NCBI GenBank assembly: GCA_041398785.1
Contig: JAWKUA010000009.1
Coordinates: 210,629-274,628, forward strand
Reading direction: 5' to 3'
Length of the DNA stretch: 64,000 bases
Source of the DNA: Planctomycetaceae bacterium
Lineage (GTDB): Bacteria; Planctomycetota; Planctomycetia; Planctomycetales; Planctomycetaceae
Shown here: one piece after another, positions 50,301 to 59,973 of the stretch
Layout: each line of letters begins with the position of its first letter
Numbering within the stretch: the stretch's first letter is position 1
Program-made: the position numbers and the translations under genes
Notes under the pieces: model-generated
Database searches by the model: none
What the model was told of the DNA's origin: nothing
The model's input: the letters and a program-made list of their open reading frames with translations, nothing else

Positions 50301-53300
50301 ACCGTGCCGATCAACGGCCGAGGAACGTACACCTTTGACAGTCCCGCCGGACGGCTCGTGTACCTGAACGTTGTCGACAGCCAGTTCCGCATACCGGAAC
50401 ACACCGTCACGCTGGATGCCGGCGAAACGTATCTGATTCGCGATCAGCTCAACAACTTCGGCGCCGTGGCCGACCTGACCGGCACGATCATCACCGGCGA
50501 CAAACCATTCGCGCTGTTCGGCGGCAGCCGCGCGGCATTCGTGCCCACGAACTTCTTCGCGGCCGATCACCTGGTCGAACAGATGACGCCCACCAGCACG
50601 TGGGGCCGGCGGTTCGTCACGTTCCCGCTGGCCACGGGCACGACTGTCGGCGATCGCTACCGCTTTCTTGCGCAGGCGGACGGCACCGAAGTCTTCGTCG
50701 ACGGCACACTCGTCGCCACGCTCAATCGTGGACAATTCCACGAAATGGTCCTCGTCGACGCCGCGGAGGTTACGTCGAACAACCCGATCCTGGTCGCGCA
50801 GTACGCTCAGTCGCAGGAGTTCTACCGGAACCAGCCCGGCGGTGATCCGAACTTCCTGGGCGATCCGTTCATGATGCTGGTACCGCCGTTCGAACAGTTC
50901 CTGGCCAATTACACGGTGGCGACTCCGGCGGAAGACGCGATTCCCGAAGGCGAACGTTTCGATCGCAATTTCCTGAACATTGTCGCACCGGCTGACGCGG
51001 TCGGATTGATCGAAGTCAACGGAACGCCGGTCGACGCGAGCGACTACACCGCCATCGGAACCAGCGGCTTCTTCGGAGTCCAGGTGCCAATTGATCTCGG
51101 TTCGTACGAAGTCGCCGGGCCGCAGCCGTTCGGTTTGTTCGTGTACGGCTTCGGCAGCTTCGATTCGTACGGCTATGTCGGCGGCCAGTCGCTGAGCGAA
51201 GTGGCAACCGTCAGCGCCGTCACGCTGGTTCCGGAAACCGTCAGCCTGCCGATCAACACGCTGCAGGATTTCACCGCCACCGTCACCGATAGCGACGGCA
51301 ATTCTGTGGAAGGCGTGCGAGTGGACTTTTCGGTTGCCGGAGCCAACCCGCAGACCGGCTTCGCGTTCACGGACTCCGCTGGAGTCGCCGTGTTCACGTA
51401 CACCGGAACGATCGAAGGCCGCGATGTCGTGTCCGCTTCTGTCGGAACGATCGTGGATGATTCGATCGTCGACTGGCTCGGCGACGTAGCGCCGCCAACG
51501 ATCACCATTCTGTCTCCGGCGGCCGGCACGACCGTGCCCGCCGGAACCACGCTGGTTGTCACTGGCATCGCCGCTGCCGACCGGCCGTTCGCGTCGCTGG
51601 ACTACGTGTCGGTCAACGGAATTCCCGTCGAAAGCTTCGACGCCGCTGGAAACTTCTTCACGCGAGTCTTTGTCGGTCCCGGCGACAACGTGTTCCAATT
51701 CGCCGCTCACGATTCCCGCGATCAGACCGCTACCGTCACGCTGATTCTGACCGGCGAACAGATCCCTGACGGCGAAGTCGACTTCTCGCAGTTCTCCGAC
51801 GTCACGGGCAGCTTCGACGTCGCGTACGCTCAGACGTCGTTCAATGCGGCGACACAGACGCTGTTCGCGGACATCGCCGTTCGCAACACCGGACAGTTCT
51901 CAGCCGACGTCCCGCTGCTGGTCGGAATCACCAACATCACCGATCCGCGAGTTCTCGTCCGCAACATCGACGGCACGACCCCCGACGGCATTCCGTTCTA
52001 CGACTTCACCGGGCTGGTCATGAGCGGATCGCTCGATCCGAACAGCGAAACCGGCTTCCTGTCGGCTGAGTTCTTCAATCCGAACGGCACACAATTCGAC
52101 TACGACCTGGTCTTCTTCGGCCGCCTGAACGAAGCACCGGCGATCGTATCTCTTCCGACAACGACTGCGATCGTCGACCGAACGTTTGCCTACGACGCCG
52201 ACGCGACTGATGCGAACAACGACGCGCTGACATTTTCGCTGCTGCAGGCTCCGGCCGCGATGACGATCGACCCGGTCAGCGGTTTCGTTTCGTGGACACC
52301 GACCGCCGTCGACCGCGGCTCGCATTCCGTCACGGTCGAAGTCACCGACGGCCGCGGCGGTCGTGCCGAACAGTCATTCGTCTTGACCGTCGTCGACGCG
52401 CCGGCCAATCGAGCACCTGCGTTCACGACAACTCCGCCCGTGCTGGCAACGCTGGACACGCAATATGTCTACGACGCCGACGCCATCGATGCCGACGGCG
52501 ATTCGCTGACATTCTCGCTGGTCGACGGCCCTGCCGGAATGACGGTTGATCCGGCGACGGGACTCGTCACCTGGACACCGACCGCTGCTCAGTTGGCGAC
52601 CCACTCCGTGACGCTGGAAGTCTCCGACGGCAACGGAGGCACCGCGCGGCAGTCGTTCACCCTCTGCAGCATCGACCCAGCTTCGATTCCCGCCGACGAT
52701 GCCAACACCGCTCCGGTGATTACATCCACGCCGCCGCTGACGGCGTTGACCGGCCAGCCATTCGAGTACCGAATCTTCGCCCAGGACGCGAACGACGACG
52801 CGCTGACATTCAGCCTGAACGCCCCGCCTGCCGGAGCAACCATCACGCCGATAACCGGGCTGCAGGCCGCAACGTTCTCGTTCACTCCTGCAACTGTCGG
52901 AACGCAGACAGTCGAAATTCAGGTCGGCGACGGCAACGGTGGAGTCACGATTCAGGCATTCGACATTCAGGTCAGCGATCCGACAGGAAACAACGCCCCG
53001 GTCATCAGTTCGAATCCGCGACTCACAATTCCGATCGGCCGCACATGGGCGTATTTCGTTGACGCCTTCGATGTTGACAACGACGCTCTTGTGCTGTCAC
53101 TAACGACATCGCCTGCCGCGATGACGCTGGACGCAGATGCTCGGCAGTTGCTGTGGATGCCGACCGCCGCCGACATCGGCACGCACGATGTTACCGTATC
53201 CGTTGATGACGGGCAGGGTGGCATCGTCACGCAGTCGTTCACACTGGACGTGGTTTCTCAGGAAGCGAATACCGCACCGCAGATCGTCTCAACACCGCAG

Positions 53301-54221
53301 ACGTTCGCGGTCGCCGGCACTGCGTTCGAATACGACCTGCTGGCCTTCGACGCCGACAACGATCCGGTACAGTGGTCGTTGGTCCAGGCACCTGCCGGAG
53401 TTTCCATCGATCCGCTCAACGGAACGCTGCGCTGGACGCCAACTCTGAATCAACTCGGGCTGCAGCAATTTGTCGTGCAGGGAACTGACCCGTCGTTCGC
53501 GGCCGTGACGCAGGAATTCACGGTTTCCGTAACGTGTCTGAACCTTCCTCCAACGATCGCATCGGCACCGGGAACCGCAGCCGTCACCGATCAGCGCTAT
53601 GTTTATCCGGTGCGAGCATTCGATCCGGAAGGCGATGTCCTGACGTTCTCGCTGACGACGGCCCCGGCCGGAATGCAGGTTGATCCGCTCACCGGAGTCA
53701 TCCGCTGGACGCCCGATTCAACGCAAACCGGTTTGGCGAATGTCACCGTCGTCGTCACGGATGCGGCCGGCAATTCGGCTACGCAGAGCTTTGCCGTTAA
53801 CGTGACTCAGCAGGTCGTGAACCTCGACCCCGTCATTACGTCACGGCCCGGCTTCCGAGCCACCGTTGACGCTCTGTACGAATATCAGGTCGACGCCGAA
53901 GACCCGGAAGGCGAAGTTGTCACGTTCAGTCTGCTGACTTCGCCGACAGGAATGACGATCGACGCGAATGGCCTGATTCTGTGGACACCCGCCTCAACGC
54001 AGGCGGGTCCGCACATTGTTGAAGTTGCCGTCGACGACGGTCAGGGCGGCCGAGCCATCCAGCGGTTCGCGATTCTCGCGCGAATCAACCAGGCACCGGC
54101 AATCACGTCGACCGCACCGGCGACCGTTTCCAGCCACGCAACGTTCCGCTACGACGTCGTCGCCGAGGATCCGGAAGGCGATGCGGTGACGTTCTCGCTG
54201 ACCACTCGCCGGCCGGCATGA
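44361..54221 (+). CDS. giant secreted adhesin-like protein, N-terminal ~3300 aa of a frameshifted DUF4114 / cadherin-like / RHS fusion
   Basis: Start taken at MFLSAWLCRV (ATG 44361; ORF opens 44178). Two DUF4114-like modules (WQFGWEDLTFGGDRDFDDVVVT; FWEDLTRGGDRDFDDLVIS). About 8 then about 12 cadherin-like/putative-Ig ~95-aa repeats (VNQPPVL...TLTFSL...IDP.TG.F.WTP). A lectin-like module. Nine ~95-aa beta-sandwich repeats (FELLDFATAATPINFGETVTTTLPTGREA...). Frame ends at TGA 54219-54221 by frameshift, not by a domain boundary. Confidence 0.8.
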   Translation: MFLSAWLCRVRSVLFDRVRADGRSSAACKRRRQRLFSSVPSESLEERLLLSGDGLTDLGLFVVPGSPDEQVTLNFELSDRNGAFRSELGLFIADDDSGAVDGVDPDRNKYAREALQDDSHTLLFDRFDAIGETESLTVPGGSHVAFYLIQNSDSRRFLRNNPQNRLNRSPKTFFSVTEANPDHFDHLRSEDLGSGTWQFGWEDLTFGGDRDFDDVVVTLTVGDLPGPTILTPPSPTGVVSATFTLDERMAAYRSEFGIFKVDDETGRIGNLTPDDRGYARAALTSASQLTIFERNAAVGSQVTVELEADAHYGVYLIQNSSLSYWLRRNPQNRLCNFPKAFFGFVDANPDNFDHTRWDENTIFWEDLTRGGDRDFDDLVISFEFGTSTNQPPALNAVADQTVDEDSTASVQLTASDPDSDPADLMFSLVSGPATATVNQTTGLFEWTPLEADGPGTFPVTVRVEDETGLFDELTFSVIVNEVNQPPVLAPIGNRTVDEEQTLTFTASATDSDLPPNTLTFSLTNAPAGASIDPQTGEFSWMPSESDGPGTFDVTVNVHDGVGGSDSETITISVNEVNQAPVLDPVDDRTVPENGVVAILIPATDNDLPANTLTWSLIGTVPAGVNIDGATGQFNWTPSEAQGPGSYPITVQVDDGAGGSDQVAFTITVEEVNEAPVLDPIGNRTADVDVELTFTATASDPDIPPNALTFSLDAGAPAGATIDPVTGVFRWTPTTAFSGQDVPVTVRVTDDGNPSLDDFETIIIAVDRCVFDDNLTGWTVTESGGSATGRGGVVAQDCTAVLTEGDSFFVQIQTTFDIVTTDSQLLLSFSGLTFDTTDPAFVNDAFELALLDQNGVSLVSTTAPGRDVFFNVTEELSPETAAGVTFDGATVTVNLSAVPIGSTATLVARLVNNDSDTTTSVTLTDMQITPGAAPLLVAPEPSGGSSQQGSAPQSGANSSGTAAVPPGIVTGLSAGTRNPAVSTPSNGTASSNGIAFTDSPLQAGAAGVQSPTFDSRGTEFWIGFMDNLLESGNVPKKQLFVTGDVATTGFVEIPGLIDPSTSVPFRADFVVNPGEVTTVDLPSLDSREDSFDTQTDFDVEAELIAEIQALGVHVVTQDDVTVYGLNRAVNTTDAFLALPVDALGTEYINLGYNNGSRLISSTPNTEFLVVATEDDTVVTIVPGEGSFSVESNLAAIVRPSGTSGLGYTRNNGTDIGTLLLDQSGTHTITVDALLEGYAGTYTFELLDFATAATPINFGETVTTTLPTGREARVFSFGATTGQRIYYDAISPGGPTTTVRLVSPSGVITALNTNNDFPNPLQTTTTLAPETGTYYVLVVGEGDAAYDFSFRMLDLETAPLLPFGTEVTGTMPLGRETDVFRYNGTAGQRIIYDGFDPNGSLVTLDLWDPGITLLSRTNAFADLDPRTLPEDGEYFVTLASGTFGPQASYGFRMFDVADLPVLPLGTSVTGTFGDGRAEFFRLPAGPAQAAAFSNITVTGRIQIDVFDPSNRRVATFSNGAFDARLAQEGDYVVRLRGVGILDSGTFDFQVDLTDDALVAKSGLNTETTLTINAGETATYDFTAPAGTPVILDARDTVNENLRVRIFDPDGVLVVGGVFGLNELTDSGPFFLEKSGTYTLSVVGDTASAAGSYTFQILDLQSGSTPISFDTIVSGTLPTGREAVAFSFDGTANQLVAYDGIAPGTTTIATYDENLNRVDGVFGSLAERDGGNNLIRTGKHYVVLQGVQNTAADFAFRIQDVSAAPVISLGEVISGTITPARTEQHFQIDLTAGQRLLVDGLDDDTERVLLQITDPGRFTFYSGTADQNGDSSTTFLLTVPRTARYVVSVQGDTTIDPADFSFRILDLDNAPLLTFDTDIDITLNPGRQAQFFRIDADTAASIDFDNITETGIGGFFWHLFDPAGRNLGGDNNGRDFTGRTWIEGTYLLGIVGRVNTPIDFTFRATRTPDTPVTPTGFNSLETITVPINGRGTYTFDSPAGRLVYLNVVDSQFRIPEHTVTLDAGETYLIRDQLNNFGAVADLTGTIITGDKPFALFGGSRAAFVPTNFFAADHLVEQMTPTSTWGRRFVTFPLATGTTVGDRYRFLAQADGTEVFVDGTLVATLNRGQFHEMVLVDAAEVTSNNPILVAQYAQSQEFYRNQPGGDPNFLGDPFMMLVPPFEQFLANYTVATPAEDAIPEGERFDRNFLNIVAPADAVGLIEVNGTPVDASDYTAIGTSGFFGVQVPIDLGSYEVAGPQPFGLFVYGFGSFDSYGYVGGQSLSEVATVSAVTLVPETVSLPINTLQDFTATVTDSDGNSVEGVRVDFSVAGANPQTGFAFTDSAGVAVFTYTGTIEGRDVVSASVGTIVDDSIVDWLGDVAPPTITILSPAAGTTVPAGTTLVVTGIAAADRPFASLDYVSVNGIPVESFDAAGNFFTRVFVGPGDNVFQFAAHDSRDQTATVTLILTGEQIPDGEVDFSQFSDVTGSFDVAYAQTSFNAATQTLFADIAVRNTGQFSADVPLLVGITNITDPRVLVRNIDGTTPDGIPFYDFTGLVMSGSLDPNSETGFLSAEFFNPNGTQFDYDLVFFGRLNEAPAIVSLPTTTAIVDRTFAYDADATDANNDALTFSLLQAPAAMTIDPVSGFVSWTPTAVDRGSHSVTVEVTDGRGGRAEQSFVLTVVDAPANRAPAFTTTPPVLATLDTQYVYDADAIDADGDSLTFSLVDGPAGMTVDPATGLVTWTPTAAQLATHSVTLEVSDGNGGTARQSFTLCSIDPASIPADDANTAPVITSTPPLTALTGQPFEYRIFAQDANDDALTFSLNAPPAGATITPITGLQAATFSFTPATVGTQTVEIQVGDGNGGVTIQAFDIQVSDPTGNNAPVISSNPRLTIPIGRTWAYFVDAFDVDNDALVLSLTTSPAAMTLDADARQLLWMPTAADIGTHDVTVSVDDGQGGIVTQSFTLDVVSQEANTAPQIVSTPQTFAVAGTAFEYDLLAFDADNDPVQWSLVQAPAGVSIDPLNGTLRWTPTLNQLGLQQFVVQGTDPSFAAVTQEFTVSVTCLNLPPTIASAPGTAAVTDQRYVYPVRAFDPEGDVLTFSLTTAPAGMQVDPLTGVIRWTPDSTQTGLANVTVVVTDAAGNSATQSFAVNVTQQVVNLDPVITSRPGFRATVDALYEYQVDAEDPEGEVVTFSLLTSPTGMTIDANGLILWTPASTQAGPHIVEVAVDDGQGGRAIQRFAILARINQAPAITSTAPATVSSHATFRYDVVAEDPEGDAVTFSLTTRRPA

Positions 54222-57200
54222 CAATCGATCGCTCGGCCGGATTCTGTGGGCGACCACCGCCGCCGACGTTGGCACGCACACCGCGACCGTCGTCGTCACA
54301 GACATCTACGGAGCCACCGGGACGCACTCGTTCACGCTCGACGTGACTCCCGACATGACAGCTCCTGTCGTCGACCTGCTGCTGAGCCGCCAATCCGGCG
54401 GCCATCAGCTCGGACGTTGTCATTCAGGTCCTGGCAACCGACGACGTTGCCGTCGACCGGACGCGCTGACGATCGACGGAACACCGGTCGTCGTCGATTC
54501 GTTCGGTACGGCGTCGTTCCGCTCTGCGACTCCCGGCCTGTTCGACATTGTCGCCACGGCCTTCGACGAAGCCGGCAACGAAACGACCGCTTCGGTCACG
54601 CTGCGAGTTATCGATCCCGCGGACACGCTCGGACCGGTCATCGACATCACCGGACCGTCGCCGAATTCTGAAGTCACAACGCTGACCGACATCATCGGTT
54701 CGGTGACCGACGACAACCTGGAATTCTTCACGGTGGAATTCGGCCGAGCGGATCTGGTCGACATCAACGACCCGACAGCATTCGATCCGGACTACGTCAC
54801 GATCGCCACCGGAACAGCCGACGTCACCAACGCGCTGCTCGGCACATTCGACCCGACGCTGCTGATGAATGACTCGTACATCATCCGAGTCTTCGCACAA
54901 GACCTCAGCGGCAACGTATCGGCTCAAACGCTGCCAATCAGCATAGACGGGCAACTGAAATTCGGACAGTTCACACTGAATCAGACTGATCTAGCGGTGT
55001 CCGTGGCGGGAACTCCAATCGAACTCACGCGAACCTACGACACTCGCCAGTCGGGTGAACAGGGAGATTTTGGATTTGGCTGGAACCTCGCAATTCAAGA
55101 CGCTCAGATTCGTGAAACGATTCCGGTCAATCCCCTGGAGAAAGATGGGCTGATCCTGGCGGCGACTCCATTCAAAGCCGGAACGCGAGTCTATCTCACC
55201 AATCCCGAAGGTAAACGTGTTGGATTCACGTTCGACCCCGAGCCGCAGTTCAGCCTCTTTGGCGGCGGTTCGTTCTCGCCGAGGTTTGTTCCCGATCCCG
55301 GTGTGTACGACACACTGGATGTGGGCTCGATCCCGCTGCGTTTGGTGAATGGGGCGTTCTATAGCGGATTCTTCGGCAACCCGTTCAATCCGTCGGCGTA
55401 CAGACTGACAACGCGTGATGGAGTCGTCTACGAGTACGGTCAGTTCTCCGGACTGCAGAATGTCATTGATCGAAACGGTAACCGGTTGGAGTTCCGCGAA
55501 GACGGGATCTTCAGTTCCACGGGTGAATCCGTTCGGTTCGTGCGAGATCCTGCGGGCCGGATCTCGCAGGTCATTGACCCCGCTGGCCGGTCGTTGACTT
55601 ACGAATACGATGCGAACGGAGACCTGACCCGTTTCACTGATCAGGCCGGCCTGCTCACGCAATATACGTACCTGACGGCCCCGGCGCACTTCATGGAAAC
55701 GGCGGTCGATCCCAACGGCAACACGGTTTTCGAGCTGCAATACGACGCCGACGGACGGTTGACGAGAAGCACAGACGCCGGCGGTGCGACGATTCAGAAC
55801 ACGTACAATCCGGGGCAACTCAGCGAAACGATCACTGACCCGCTCGGCAACGAAATCACCACGCGGTTCGACTCCCGCGGCAACCTGCTTTCATTCACGG
55901 ACGCCCTCGGTGAATCGGTCTCGTTCACCTACGACGCCAGCGACAACATCATCACGGCCACCGATGGCAACGGAAATGTTGTTACACGCACCATCGACAC
56001 CCGCGGCAACCTGACCAGCCTCAAGGACCCGCTCGGCAACAGCTTCGTCCTGACCTACGGCGAAGACAACCAGGTGACGTCCATCATGGACTCAGCCGGC
56101 AATGTATCTCGCTCCAGATACGACGAAGCCGGCAACCTGATTCAGTACGTCAACGCGGCTGGAGTCGTCAGTTCCTACCAATACGATGCACAGGGCCGTC
56201 CGACATCGTACACCGACAACAACGGCAACAGCACGCAGTACGTATACGGCAGCGGACCTCGCCCTGAAGAAGTCATCCACGCCGACGGCACGCGGGAACG
56301 CTACGAATACAATTACCTCGGCCAGGTCACCAGAGCAGTCGACGAAAACGGCTTCGCGACACTTTACACGTACGACGCAATCGGACGGCCCACGTCCGTC
56401 GAAAACGCTCTTGGTCAAACCACGACCTACACCTACGACGGTCGCTATCTCAGCAGTCGAACGGATGCCCTTGGGCGAATCACCCGGTATGTGTTCGACG
56501 AGAAGGGTCGCCGGACTGCGGTAACGGATGCTGCCGGTAACACGACTCAATTCGGATACGACGATAATAACCAGTTGGTTACGGTCACCGACCCGCTCGG
56601 CGGCATCACGACGACAGACTACCGCGCTGACGGCGAAGTCGAGTCCGTCGTCGATGCACTCGGAAATACTGTGAGGTATGAATATGACTCGGTCGGAAAT
56701 GTCACCGCGGTCATCGATCCCAGGGGAAATCGTACTGAGTACCAATATGACGCAATGGGCCGATTGCTGGAGACGATGGATTCTCTCGGCGGTACGACCT
56801 CTTACACGTACGATGCGGCCGGCAACCTGCTGACAGCGATGCAGGCAAACGGCGCCACCGTGACTTACGTCTATGACAGCCTCAACCGTCTCGTTTCGGC
56901 GACCGATCCGCTGGGCGGTCGCTTTGAATACACATACGACGCCAACGGCAACCTGCGAACGTTCACCGACGCGAACGACCACGTGTCGAACCTGTTCTAC
57001 GACTCGCGCGATCGAGTGACGCGGATCGTTGATCCCGCTGGCGAGACACTTCACTTCACCTACGATGCGGCCGGTAACATCGAGACCGCAATTGACCCTG
57101 CAGATCAAACAACGTCCTATGTGTACGACGCGCTGGACAGGCTGATCAGAGTTACTGATCCGATCGGCAATACGACCGCTTATACGTATGATGCCGTCGG

Positions 57201-59874
57201 CAATTTGGAATCACTCACTGACCCCACTGCCCGCACAACAACCTATTCTTATGACAGCCTTTATCGCCTGACGGCAGTTACTGACGCGGCGGGCGAACGA
57301 ACGCAGTTCGGCTATGACGCACTCGGACGGCGAACATCGGTCACCGATGCACTCGACCAGAAGACAACATTCGCTTACGACGCAATCGGCCGTCTGACTA
57401 CCGAAACCGACCCTCTCGGGCTGTCAACGTCATTTGCTTACGACGCGAACGGTAACCGGATTCGAGTCACGGACCGCAATGATCGAGTGACCGAATTCAA
57501 CTACGACGCGCTGAATCGTGTCGTCGAGGAACGTTGGCTGGACAATGCGTCGTCTGTGCTTCGACAGGTCACTTTCGTGTACGACGCCGTCGGGAATCTC
57601 CTCGCGGCGAGCGACCCCGACAGCGTCCTGACCTTTACTTACGACCTGCTGAGCCGCGTCAGCACAGCCGATGTTACGGGAACACCGCGACTGCCGGATA
57701 TTGTTCTGACATACACCTATGACGCCGTCGGCAACCTGCTGAATACTCACGACGACAGCGGCGTCCAGGTAACTTCGCTGTACGATGAACGCGATCTGCT
57801 GATCAATCGAGTATGGCAGGGAGGAGGCATCGATCCGGCCAGTGTCGATGTAGACTACAACGCCCGACGCGAACGTACTCACGTGACTCGCTACTCCGAT
57901 GCCAGCGGTTTGGCTGCAATTGGCAGCTCGATTTACGACTACGACGCCGCAGGCCGGCTGACTGATATTCAACATCAGGACGAACTCGATCAGGTCTTCG
58001 TCGACTATGACTATCTGTTCGATGAAGCGGGCCGCCTGGTGAATGAAGCCCATCACGGCGCTTCCGTTGCCTATGAATACGATGCGCTCGGCCAGTTGAC
58101 TGCCGCCGACTACAGCAGCGGTGCGTCTGTCGCGGATCAGACCTTCCAGTATGACGAGAACGGCAACCGAACAGATCCCGGCTTCGTTGTTGCCGCGAAC
58201 AACCGCATCGAATCCGACGGGACCTACAACTACGCGTATGACAACGAAGGCAATCTGATTCGCCGAACACAGATCGGGTCCGGCGACTACACGGAATTCA
58301 CATGGGACTACCGCAATCGCCTGACGCAGGTCGAACAATTCGATTCAACAGGAACGTCGCAAAGCTTCGCAACATATACCTACGATGCGCTGAACCGGCG
58401 CATTCGAAAGGATGTCGACGGAATTGTGACTGCAACGGTGTACTCATTCGACGCTGCCTGGGCCGACTTTGATGATGCCAAAAATGTGACCGCCCGTTAT
58501 CTGCCCAGCGGCCAGGTCGACGAATTCTTTGCTCGCTGGCGGCCAGGCGAAGGAACAGCGTGGTATCTGACCGACCGTCTCGGCACGGTTCGCGACATTG
58601 CCGACGAAACAGGCACAACCGTTGACCATATCGACTACGACAGCTTCGGAAATGTCGCGGACGAGTCAAACCCTGCGTTCGGCGATCGGTTCAAGTTCAC
58701 CGGCCGGGAATACGACGCCGAAACGGGTCTGTATTACTACCGGGCACGCTACTACGATCCGACGCTTGGCCGGTTCATCAGCGAAGATCCGCTGGGCTTC
58801 AGCGGTGGCGACGCAAACCTTCAACGCTACGTCGCCAACGACCCGCTGAACGCCGTCGATCCAACCGGCATGCAGGCCATTGCATCGTACGGCGGAGCGC
58901 TGGCGGCGAACCAGGCTGTTGCTCAGGCCGCGATCTTCTACGGCAAGGATGTCCCATTCCGCTTCCAGATTCAGTGTCAGGGAGCGAACTGTGTTGTTTC
59001 GGGCGGCCCGTCTGGACTGGGTGACCTATCGAAGGTTCCTGACTTTGACCTCGGCGGCGGTATTTCCGTGGGCGGGAGTGGGGTTTCGATTTCCGATGGC
59101 TTTGGCGAGAAGCTCACAGTTGGTGCCGGCGGAATCACGGCCTCCGGCGGCGAAACCTCCGTTGGGATCAACGGCGATGGAGTGACTTTTAGGGCGCCCG
59201 GGACTCAAACGACTGTTGGTCCAGGCGGAGCGTCGGGCAGTGGCGGCGGAGCCAGCTACACTTCAAATGGTGCCGGTGGTCCCTTCTTCAAGGTCGGCCC
59301 GTTTCACTACGGTCAACCGGTGAAGACTGGCAGCACTGCCTTGCCCGCGCAGCCATCTGACGGCGAATTCGATTTCCTTGTCGAATCGGTGGCAAAGTCG
59401 TCAAACATCATCATTAGTGCAAACACCGCGATCTTTGCCGGAGTCGCCACCGAACTAAACATCATCGCTCAGGCAGCTGCGGCAGATGATGCGACTCGGC
59501 TGGTCCAGGCGAACTTTGAAAAGTCTGTCCTGAGCGGTGACTTCAAAGCGACCGTCCAGGCTCGCGGATTCGCGCGTCTACCGGGCCGACGCCCCGGCAT
59601 TTCCAGTGGAGCATCAGGCCCGGCCGGTCCGAACGCAGGTCCGGGCGGCGGTACAGCTGGTGGAGGCAGCGGTCCGGCCGGCGGAGGCGGCGGGGCTGGC
59701 GGCCCAGGGGGAGGATCCGGTTCCGGTTCGAATTTCAGCGGCAGCGTCATTCCTCTGAATTCGCGTTCGTATCTTCGGCGGCCGTTTCTGATGTTCATCG
59801 ATCCTCGGCAGTTCGATGCGTTTTCGCAACTGATCGTTGATCCGTTTAACAACATCTCAGTCGTCGTTGAATGA
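54202..59874 (+). pseudogene. continuation of the giant gene: RHS/YD-repeat core with C-terminal polymorphic-toxin tail (frame broken by several 1-nt shifts between 54204 and 54468)
   Basis: The repeat consensus continues across frames: FSLTT (frame 0), SPAGMTID (frame 2), RSLGRILWATTAADVGTHTATVVVTD (frame 1), SAANPAAISSDVVIQVLATDDVAVDRT (frame 2), LTIDGTPVVVDSF (frame 1). Then RHS hallmarks: LTRTYDTRQSGEQGDFGFGWNLA, dozens of YD repeats, core end DPLGFSGGDANLQRYVANDPLNAVDPTGMQ, and a ~330-aa Gly-rich C-terminal domain. ORF track lists 54343..59874. Confidence 0.75.
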
Positions 59875-59973
59875 CACTCCGACCAGCAAAACGAATGAAG
59901 GACCGGCTGGGGCATTGCGCCATTACAGAGATACCATCGTGCGTTTTCGGCGTCACCAAATTGTGAGACTCGT

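Noticed and set aside
44469-58338. Multiple minus-strand ORFs of 200-620 aa (e.g. 49845..51710, 56092..57108, 57430..58338)
   Set aside because: All lie inside the giant repeat gene on the opposite strand. Repeat-rich high-GC DNA keeps antisense frames open.
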